20,600 nt of DNA, taken from contig CAZZXB010000035.1 in the NCBI GenBank assembly GCA_964658025.1, forward strand, positions 1-20,600. Direction: 5' to 3'. Position numbers and translations under genes: made by a program. Under the pieces are notes generated by a model. That model was not told the DNA's origin. It worked only from the letters and a program-made list of their open reading frames with translations, and searched no databases. Source of the DNA: an uncultured Janthinobacterium sp. GTDB taxonomy: Bacteria > Vulcanimicrobiota > Vulcanimicrobiia > Vulcanimicrobiales > Vulcanimicrobiaceae. Position 1 is the stretch's first letter, and every line of letters starts with the position of its first letter. Of this stretch, positions 9,196-15,842 are shown in pieces.

Positions 9196-9768
9196 TTACG
9201 AGCGGCGTCCGGGTTCGGCGTCTTCGACGAGGCGTCGGAGAAGCGCTCGGGCGCGGTGGAGTCGGGAGCGGACCGTTCCGATCGAACAGCCCATGATATC
9301 GGCGATTTCCTGGTAACTGTATTCCTCGATGTCCGCGAGGATGACGACTTGACGCTGATCGGAGGAGAGGCGGGCGAGCGAACTCGAGAGCGATTCCCCG
9401 AGCTGTCGGTCGACGTAGTCGTCGATCGGGGTGACGGCGAGCGGTCGGGACCCGCCGAACTCCTGAGGCACGTTGTCTTCGGGGATCTCCTCATAGAAAC
9501 GCCCTTTTCGTCGCCGAAGTTCGTCTCTGTATAAATTCGTGACGATTCGGTAGATCCACGAGAGAAACGAGGTTCCCGGGACGAACGAGCGCCACGCCCG
9601 ATAGACGCGGATGAAGGCTTCCTGCGTCAGATCGCGCGCATCCGCTTCGTTTCCGGTCAAACGCAAGGCGAAGTTGTACGTCGATTTGCCGTATTGCGTC
9701 ATGGCGCGCTCGAGAAACGCCGTCTGTTCCGGCGTCGGCGGCTCGAGCGGCGCTCGGGAAGCACCCAT
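9196..9768 (-). CDS. ECF RNA polymerase sigma factor (SigE/SigW/RpoE-like)
   Basis: Region 2: YNFALRLTGNEADARDLTQEAFIRVY...FLSWIYRIVTNLYRD. Region 4: YSYQEIADIMGCSIGTVRSRLHRAR. Confidence 0.96.
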   Translation of the reverse strand: MGASRAPLEPPTPEQTAFLERAMTQYGKSTYNFALRLTGNEADARDLTQEAFIRVYRAWRSFVPGTSFLSWIYRIVTNLYRDELRRRKGRFYEEIPEDNVPQEFGGSRPLAVTPIDDYVDRQLGESLSSSLARLSSDQRQVVILADIEEYSYQEIADIMGCSIGTVRSRLHRARALLRRLVEDAEPGRRS

Positions 9769-9775
9769 CGGCCGC

Positions 9776-9804
9776 TAGATACCGCCGCCGGGCGACGCGG
9801 TCCC
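9776..9804 (-). promoter_or_regulatory. Candidate ECF-type (autoregulatory) promoter for the sigma factor gene
   Basis: Minus strand reads GGGACC-N16-GTATCTA-N7-ATG, resembling the GGAAC/TGAAAC-N16-CGTA/CGTCTA class of ECF promoters. No SD before the ATG. Confidence 0.4.
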
Positions 9805-9815
9805 CTCTGGGGGCA

Positions 9816-10763
9816 TCACGCGGCGCGGAGGACGAACCGCGCGACGTGCAATCCGCTCGTGCTACGGAATTGCAGCCACAAGACGTACGCGCCGGGAGCC
9901 GGTGCGAGCACCTCGAGACGCATCGCGGGCGGCACGCTCGCGTCGCCCGGGAGGGGCGTCTCGACCGCGGGCATCGCCATGCCGGGCATCGCGGCGGAGG
10001 CGCCGGCCGCGCGTCCGCCACGAGCGGTCGGGAGCATCGCGGAAGGCCCCGCCGCCTCCGGGTGGACGTGGAGGTAGGCGAGCGACGACGTGGCGACGAG
10101 CACGGCGTGCGCCGCGCTGCCCAGGTACGGGCGGAGATCGCGCGCCGGCCGCCCGTCTCGCGCGATCCGCACGCCGATCCGCGAGCGGACGCCCGTGCGG
10201 AGCGAGGTCGACGTGAGCGCGACGAGATATCCGTCGGCGCCCGCGAGCGTGGGACCGGGGGCGGCAACGCCGAGCCCCCGCGCGCCGAGCGGCCGGACGA
10301 TGCGACCGCCCGGCTCGAAATCGAGCGCGAAGCGATAGACCTGTTTGCCCAGACCGTTGGGATCCGTGTCGGCGAAAACGTAGTAGCGACCCGGCCGCGG
10401 CACGCGGAGCACGTTACGGAAATGGCCCGCGCGATCGAGCGTCGGGTGGAGGTGCGCGAACCACGTGAAATCGGAGGCGATCGCGATCTGATGCGCGAGC
10501 TTCGTCATGTCGACGTCGTAGGCGACGACCGGCGCGCCTTCGTGTCGTTCGCTGAAATCGAGCTTCGCCGCGAGCGGTCCCAGACGCGTGACCTCGAGCG
10601 TCCCCGTCGTCGTCTGCGGGATGCCGGCCGCGGCGAACGCCCCCGTCAGCACGCTCGGCGACGCGACCGACGGGGACGGCAGCGCGCCGAACGTCGCGAC
10701 GAGCGCCGCGAGCGAGACGACGCGCGCGCCGCGCCCGAGCCTCGCGCGGGATCGCCGGATCAG
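9816..10763 (-). CDS. Exported His/Met-rich putative heavy-metal-binding protein (two repeated beta-rich domains)
   Basis: Only the 3' part of the 721-aa track ORF is plausible. Signal-like N-terminus (RRSRARLGRGARVVSLAALVATFGALPSPSVA), duplicated motifs MTKLAH...DFTWFAHLHP...PGRYYVFAD and YLGSAAH...YLHVHP...PGAYVLWLQF, plus MPGMAMP. Start uncertain (CTG 10763 or GTG 10808). Confidence 0.8.
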   Translation of the reverse strand: MIRRSRARLGRGARVVSLAALVATFGALPSPSVASPSVLTGAFAAAGIPQTTTGTLEVTRLGPLAAKLDFSERHEGAPVVAYDVDMTKLAHQIAIASDFTWFAHLHPTLDRAGHFRNVLRVPRPGRYYVFADTDPNGLGKQVYRFALDFEPGGRIVRPLGARGLGVAAPGPTLAGADGYLVALTSTSLRTGVRSRIGVRIARDGRPARDLRPYLGSAAHAVLVATSSLAYLHVHPEAAGPSAMLPTARGGRAAGASAAMPGMAMPAVETPLPGDASVPPAMRLEVLAPAPGAYVLWLQFRSTSGLHVARFVLRAA

Positions 10764-13090
10764 AACGGCGCCGTGATGCGCAGGTCGGTGCGAAAGCCTT
10801 CGCCCCACTGCGTCGTGTTGAAGCCGTTGTTCACTTTGATGAGATACCTCGAGTTCGTGAAGTTCGTGAAGTTCGCGGTGAAGCCGATCGCGGGCTTCGT
10901 GCCGCGATTCGCGTCGCGCCCGAACGACGCATCGAACGTGAGATGCGGCGGCAGGCGTCCCGGACCGTTTTGGAATTGGATCGGATATCCCGTTCCGTAT
11001 TGCGGTTCGAGCGACGCGAAGAACGCGCGATCGCGGCCGAGCCGCTTCGAGTAATCCAGGAGCGCGGCGAACGTCTGATCGTGGTCCTCGGGCTGCAACG
11101 TGAGGTCGGCGTTGCTCGCGGAACATCCGGCGGCCGAGCCCGGCGGGCAGAAGAGAAACGTGCTCCCGGAAACGCCGCCGGCGCGCGACTGCGAGAGCGT
11201 CGTGGAGAAGAAGCCCGTGTCGCCGTTCTTGAAGCGGACGTCGACGCGGCCGTCGATCCCCTTCGCGATGCCGATCGTGTTGTTGAAGACGGCCTCGATC
11301 GGCGTCTGCGCGAGCTGCGTCGTGTCGAGCACGTTCCGCACGTCGCGCTTCCAGAAGTTCAGGGTCGCGCGCGCGCCCGGCGCGAGCGTGTGCGCGAGTC
11401 CGAACTCGTAGTATTGATCGTGCTCGGGTTGTAGATCGTAGACGGGTTGGGCCGTCCCGCCAGCGAGGACGACCGCCGCGCGACGCGTGTCCTCGAGAAA
11501 CGGCGCGGCGTAGAGACTTCCGTAATACGCGTGCAAGATGTCTTGCGGATCGACCTCGCCGTTGATCTCGATCCGCGGGCTGAGCTGCGAGCCGCTCGTG
11601 TATCCCGTCGAGTGATCGTACCGCAAGCCGCCCTCGACCGAGACGTACTGCGTCGGCGTCCATTTGTCTTGAACGTACGCGCCCGTCTGCGTCCCGCGTT
11701 GTTGCGAGACGTCGAAAAAATCTCGGCGCACGGCGGGGGTTCCGGTGGTATACGCGATCTGCGCGGTACCGCTGAAGTTCTCGACCGACGTGTCGAGACC
11801 GATCTTGACGGCGTTCGGACCGAAGGCGTGGAAGTGGTTGACGCGGATGCCGTAAAACGACGAGCGCCGATCCTGACGCAGGCCGTCGAGCGGCGTGAAC
11901 GTGCCGTCGCCGTTGTCGATCGTCCCGAGCAGATCGTTCGCGATGTCGCCGTCGTAGACGATCCGATCGTCGCGATACCACGGCGCGATCTGCGTGAACG
12001 CGTTGCCGTTCTTCGCGTTATTCGTGTAGACGACGTTCGCGAAGCGCGCGTACTCGCGCTGGACGTCGTTCGTCGCGGCCGGAACCGAAACGGGGTCGTT
12101 GGGATTGGGTCCGGAGTTGATCGGGATCTGGAATTGCGAGACGTCGTTCGAGAAGTCGAACGCGAGCGTGTCGCGCGGCCCGATTCCGGTGATCGTGCGT
12201 AAGAATTGGTTCGACTGGTTCGACGCGTCGTGGATCGGATCGAACGTCGGCGAATCGATCCCGCGATCGGTCCGTTCCAGGTTCGCGTTGACGAAGATCT
12301 GCGTCGTGCCGCTGCGGAGCGAATCGGTCAGCGAGGTCTGCGCGCTTCCGTAACTGCCGACGCCCGCCGTGAACGTCCCGGATTCGCCGCCCGACTGGGC
12401 GTCGGTCGAGCGATGCGAGAGCACGTTGACGACCGCGCCCTGACGCGAGCCGCCGAACTCCGCGGGAAAGGCACCCGTGAAGACTTCGAGCGAATCGACG
12501 TCGCGCGGGTCGATCGGCTCCGAGAAGTTCGCCGCGGTCCCCGACGGGATCGGGACGCCGTCGATCTCGTACGTCAGGCCGTGGAAGCCGTGCGCGACCG
12601 GTTCGTTATAGGAGAAGCGGACGATCCCGGGGACCGTTTGCACGACGCGGTCGAGGCTCTGATTGTCGGGGAGCGCCCCGATTTCCGCACGGCCGATCGT
12701 GTTGACCGCAACCGGTGCGGAGGCGACGCCGCGCGTCGCGCTCGTCCGGGCACGCCCGATCGTCTTGATCGCGAGTTCGATCGGGAGATCGACGACCGCG
12801 TCGCCCGCGACGTCGACGGGTTCGGTGAATTCGCCCGACGCGTCGCGCGCTACGGCGATCGTGTAGTGCCCGAACGGCACGTGGGGGAGCGAGAAGTGCC
12901 CGCTCGCGTCGGTCGTCGCACGGAGCGTCGTGCCCTCGCCGCGCAGCGCGATCGGAACGTTCGCGGCGGCCTTTCCGCCGCGCGTGATGGTGCCGCGGAC
13001 GACACCCGTGTTGTCGGCGTACGCGGCGCGCGTCGCGCCGAGGATACATAAGAAGACGGCGGCGAGCGATGCCGCGCGAAAATGGCGCAT
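10760..13090 (-). CDS. TonB-dependent outer-membrane receptor with N-terminal carboxypeptidase-regulatory-like domain
   Basis: Signal peptide; GVVRGTIT...TTDASGHF...VPFGHYTI N-domain; plug motifs VPGI...IDGVP and VDSLEVFTGAFPAEFG...GAVVNV; barrel motifs YVQDKW, GLRYD, SPRI, LQPE; terminal Phe. SD GAGGG lies 7 nt upstream of the ATG. Confidence 0.95.
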   Translation of the reverse strand: MRHFRAASLAAVFLCILGATRAAYADNTGVVRGTITRGGKAAANVPIALRGEGTTLRATTDASGHFSLPHVPFGHYTIAVARDASGEFTEPVDVAGDAVVDLPIELAIKTIGRARTSATRGVASAPVAVNTIGRAEIGALPDNQSLDRVVQTVPGIVRFSYNEPVAHGFHGLTYEIDGVPIPSGTAANFSEPIDPRDVDSLEVFTGAFPAEFGGSRQGAVVNVLSHRSTDAQSGGESGTFTAGVGSYGSAQTSLTDSLRSGTTQIFVNANLERTDRGIDSPTFDPIHDASNQSNQFLRTITGIGPRDTLAFDFSNDVSQFQIPINSGPNPNDPVSVPAATNDVQREYARFANVVYTNNAKNGNAFTQIAPWYRDDRIVYDGDIANDLLGTIDNGDGTFTPLDGLRQDRRSSFYGIRVNHFHAFGPNAVKIGLDTSVENFSGTAQIAYTTGTPAVRRDFFDVSQQRGTQTGAYVQDKWTPTQYVSVEGGLRYDHSTGYTSGSQLSPRIEINGEVDPQDILHAYYGSLYAAPFLEDTRRAAVVLAGGTAQPVYDLQPEHDQYYEFGLAHTLAPGARATLNFWKRDVRNVLDTTQLAQTPIEAVFNNTIGIAKGIDGRVDVRFKNGDTGFFSTTLSQSRAGGVSGSTFLFCPPGSAAGCSASNADLTLQPEDHDQTFAALLDYSKRLGRDRAFFASLEPQYGTGYPIQFQNGPGRLPPHLTFDASFGRDANRGTKPAIGFTANFTNFTNSRYLIKVNNGFNTTQWGEGFRTDLRITAPF

Positions 13091-13097
13091 TGAGAGA

Positions 13098-13156
13098 CCC
13101 TCATCCGGCGTTCGTGCGTGGAACCGCGCCCGCGCGCGGATTCGGCGGACTTAGGG
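13098..13156 (-). promoter_or_regulatory. Putative SD-sequestering mRNA structure between the RAPP leader ORF and the TonB receptor gene
   Basis: On the mRNA, CCCU-AAG-UCCG (13156-13146, spanning the leader stop) is complementary to CGGA-UG-AGGG (13107-13098, the receptor SD). It encloses an inner hairpin GAA(U)CCGCGC-GCGG-GCGCGGUUC (13143-13121). Confidence 0.55.
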
Positions 13157-13684
13157 CCGAGTCGGAGGGGCGCGACCGCGACGGCGGCCGTAGACGGGCT
13201 GCGTCGGAACGCGAACGGGGACGAGGCGGGGCGGCGGCGCGATGAGTCGTCCGAGCGCCCGGATGACCGCGTCGAGTGCGGCGAGCGCGGTTCCGGCGCG
13301 ATTGCACAGATCGGCCGCGAAGCGCGCGACCCAGGCGACGATCGCCGCCGACGGGACGAGCGCGAGCGACGCGCGCAACGATCCGCCGAGGTTCGCGTGG
13401 CCCTCGAGCATTTCGATCGCCGCGAAAGCGAGCAGACCGCCGCCGAGGAGCGTGGGAGCGAGGTAGCGGTCGCGCGACCACGTCGCGATACGGATACCGG
13501 GACGGATCGCCGCATCGAGAAATCCGGCCGCGAACGCCGCCCCGAGGGCGGCTCCGAGCGTCGTCAGCAACGTTCCCGCATAGGCCCCGCCCGCGACGTG
13601 CTCCGTGCCGAAGCCCGCAACGTGTGCGAGAACGGCGACGAGGACGGCGAGGGGAACCGCGATCAGTCGGGAGCGCGAGATCAT
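13151..13684 (-). CDS. Multi-pass membrane leader protein with C-terminal RAPP motif (putative ribosome arrest peptide)
   Basis: 177 aa from ATG 13684 (the track starts it at 13792). About 4 hydrophobic segments, H21-x7-H29, E91-x2-E94-x-H96, Pro-rich spacer, C-terminus YGRRRGRAPPTRP*. Stop lies 60 nt upstream of the TonB receptor start. Confidence 0.8.
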   Translation of the reverse strand: MISRSRLIAVPLAVLVAVLAHVAGFGTEHVAGGAYAGTLLTTLGAALGAAFAAGFLDAAIRPGIRIATWSRDRYLAPTLLGGGLLAFAAIEMLEGHANLGGSLRASLALVPSAAIVAWVARFAADLCNRAGTALAALDAVIRALGRLIAPPPRLVPVRVPTQPVYGRRRGRAPPTRP

Positions 13685-13754
13685 GCTCGTCCGGGCTTTC
13701 GCGGCCTCCGAATCCGCGCCTTCCGGCGCCCCAGGCGAGCCCGAAATCCTCCAA

Positions 13755-13766
13755 GGGACCGGTCCC
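13755..13766. promoter_or_regulatory. Perfect 12-bp palindrome GGGACCGGTCCC in a divergent intergenic region; possible operator
   Basis: Self-complementary 12-mer, loosely flanked by CCTC...GAGG, between the divergent starts at 13684 (-) and 13813 (+). Confidence 0.3.
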
Positions 13767-13812
13767 GAGGTTCCGAACACACTCGCCCCCACACTCCCGG
13801 TAAGAGAGCATC

Positions 13813-14367
13813 ATGCCCCCATTCGCGCCGAGCCGAGCCCCGAGCGAGACGCCCGACGCCGTCGGACTGATCATCGCGCTCTTGGTGCGCCACCCGCAAC
13901 TCGCCACGATCGGCTCGAATCCGGCCGAAGGATCGCTCACGCTCTCGTTCGCGGTCCGCGGTGCGCTCGGACGCGCCATGGAGCGCGCCTTGCGCGAGCG
14001 CGTCGGCGAGCACGTGCGGACCCTCGTCCGCCTCGCGCGCGAAGAACCGACCACGATCGCGGTCGTCTGCGAATCCGACGCGACGATGAGCTTCGTGCGC
14101 GTCACGCGCGACGCGCGGACCTTCACCCGCGCCGAGCTCCAGTTGCTCGTCGCCCTGCTCGACGAGCTCTTCCGGGACCGGCTCGTGGCCAGTCCGCCGA
14201 CGGGCGACGAAACCGAGGGCGACGACGTCGACGACGATCTCGTCGAGTACGCGCTCGACGCGTTGCGCGATCCGTCGCACGAGCGCAGCCTCGTCGGTTT
14301 TCGCGAGGAGAAGCGCGTCCTCGTTTACTTCGTCCCCAAGCGAAAGAAGAAAGCGCGGGCGCGTTAG
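13813..14367 (+). CDS. Conserved-looking hypothetical protein
   Basis: Codon style like neighbouring genes; globular alpha/beta-like sequence (AVGLIIALLVRHPQLATI...VTRDARTFTRAEL...LVGFREEKRVLVYF), acidic patch and basic tail. Ends 5 nt before the PHP gene. Confidence 0.75.
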   Translation: MPPFAPSRAPSETPDAVGLIIALLVRHPQLATIGSNPAEGSLTLSFAVRGALGRAMERALRERVGEHVRTLVRLAREEPTTIAVVCESDATMSFVRVTRDARTFTRAELQLLVALLDELFRDRLVASPPTGDETEGDDVDDDLVEYALDALRDPSHERSLVGFREEKRVLVYFVPKRKKKARAR

Positions 14368-14372
14368 CTCCT

Positions 14373-15188
14373 GTGGTCGTCGACTTCCATTCGCACACGC
14401 TCGAGAGCGACGGCACGCTCGCCCCGAGCGCGCTCGCGGCGCTCATGCGCAAACGCGGCGTCGAGATCTTCGCGGTCACCGATCACGACGCGCTCGGCGC
14501 CTACGATAAACTCGAGGGCGCGCACGGCACGGCGCGTCTGGTCGTCGGCATCGAACTCAACACGACGTACCGGGGTAACGAGGTCCACGTCCTCGGCTAC
14601 GGTTTCCCGCTCGCGAGCGTGGAGATCGCCGAAGCGATCGCCACGAACAAGCGCGAACGGACGGCGCGCGCCGAGGCGATGGCGCAGCGCCTCACGGCCG
14701 CGGGCTACGAGATCGGCTTCGCCGATATCCGGGCCGAAGCGGGATCGGACGGCGCGACGCTCGGGCGTCCGCACGTCGCGCGCGCGCTGATCCGCCGCGG
14801 GTACGCGCCGGATATCCCGGAAGCGTTCCGCCGCTTTCTCGTCGCGGGCAAGCCCGGCTACGTGCCGCAAACGTATCTGCGCCCGCACGATGCCGTGTCG
14901 CTCGTGCTACGCGCGGGCGGCGTCCCGGTGCTCGCGCATCCGGGACGGCTCAAGGACGAGTCGATCGTCGCCGAACTCGTCGCCGCCGGGTTGCGCGGGA
15001 TCGAGACGTTCTATCCGACGCACGATCCGTCGATGGTCGCACGCTATCGCGAGATGGCGCGTCGTTTCGGGCTCGTGATGACGGCGGGTTCGGATTTTCA
15101 CGATCCCGTCTACAACGTCCGCGGCGTCGGCATGGACGTGGAGGCGGCCGACATCGGGCCGTTTCTCGATCTCGTCGCGGCGCGATAA
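14373..15188 (+). CDS. PHP-domain metal-dependent phosphoesterase (YciV/TrpH-like)
   Basis: GTG start at 14373 inside the 527-aa track ORF. Motifs DFHSHT..SDG, TDHD, GIE, HVLGY, GRPHVA, LAHP, GSDFH. Confidence 0.93.
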   Translation: MVVDFHSHTLESDGTLAPSALAALMRKRGVEIFAVTDHDALGAYDKLEGAHGTARLVVGIELNTTYRGNEVHVLGYGFPLASVEIAEAIATNKRERTARAEAMAQRLTAAGYEIGFADIRAEAGSDGATLGRPHVARALIRRGYAPDIPEAFRRFLVAGKPGYVPQTYLRPHDAVSLVLRAGGVPVLAHPGRLKDESIVAELVAAGLRGIETFYPTHDPSMVARYREMARRFGLVMTAGSDFHDPVYNVRGVGMDVEAADIGPFLDLVAAR

Positions 15189-15198
15189 CGCGCGGGCG

Positions 15199-15732
15199 CT
15201 AACTCGCGACGAACCCGCTCGGATACGCGGGGCTCTTGCGCAGCGCCTCGGCGATGAGCGCGACGTGCGTCGTCTCGACGCCGAGCGTCGACGCGGCGAT
15301 CTTGGCATAATCGCGGTTCTTGAAGGTCGACACGGCCGCCACGTATCCGTCGGCGAGCGATCGTTCCACCGTGTAGACGAATTCCAGAACGTCGGCTTCC
15401 GTTTTCATATCCGGCACCGTCAAGGGCGCGACGTCCTCGGTCGGGGTCGTGCCGGCCGCGGTGAGCGCGGCGACGAGCGCGTCGCGGTGCGCCGTGTGGT
15501 CGGCGAGAAACCGGTTGAAGACCGCGAGCACGGGCGGCGTCAGAATCTTTCCGGCCGCGGCATCCGTGTAGGCTTTCACCGCGGCGCGTTCGAGCGCGAG
15601 TTCGGTCGCGAGCGCCTTCGCGTCGTCGCCGTCGATCTTGGAAGGTGCGGCGACGCCGGTGCGTGCGAAGCCGAGTGCGAGCGCGGCCGCACACGCGGTT
15701 CCGAGCGTTTGGGCGCGCGAGAGTGATGGCAT
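15199..15732 (-). CDS. Exported ferritin-like domain protein
   Basis: Signal peptide ending in GVAA; four-helix diiron-like pattern LALERAAVKAY...DHTAH...VERSLADGY...VETTH. Confidence 0.85.
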   Translation of the reverse strand: MPSLSRAQTLGTACAAALALGFARTGVAAPSKIDGDDAKALATELALERAAVKAYTDAAAGKILTPPVLAVFNRFLADHTAHRDALVAALTAAGTTPTEDVAPLTVPDMKTEADVLEFVYTVERSLADGYVAAVSTFKNRDYAKIAASTLGVETTHVALIAEALRKSPAYPSGFVAS

Positions 15733-15842
15733 GTCGACCGTCTAGGCCGCTCGGAAGGCGAGCCCCTCCTCGAACGATCGTCCGGCGCGCGCGCGTGTCG
15801 CCGCGCACGTCGCACGCCGGTTTTCGTTCGCTCGCGAACCCG

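Noticed and set aside
10851..10883. Short tandem repeat AGTTCGTGA
   Set aside because: Only 2-3 imperfect copies encoding FTANFTNFTN in a receptor beta-strand; not a CRISPR array or VNTR.
10764..11981. N-terminal ~400 aa of the 721-aa ORF as a real overlapping gene or a frameshift fusion with the TonB receptor
   Set aside because: Low-complexity Arg-rich off-frame translation; the receptor is intact with a terminal Phe, and the downstream protein has its own signal-like N-terminus.
13151..13684. Calling the leader a canonical DUF2946/CruR/CutF protein
   Set aside because: It lacks the CxxC motif and has about four TM segments; only the terminal RAPP and the gene context are shared.
13605..14372. 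Long N-terminal extension of the PHP protein (and similar extensions at 4904 and 15901)
   Set aside because: These overlap better-supported genes in other frames; recognisable domains begin at 14373, 5435 and 16063.
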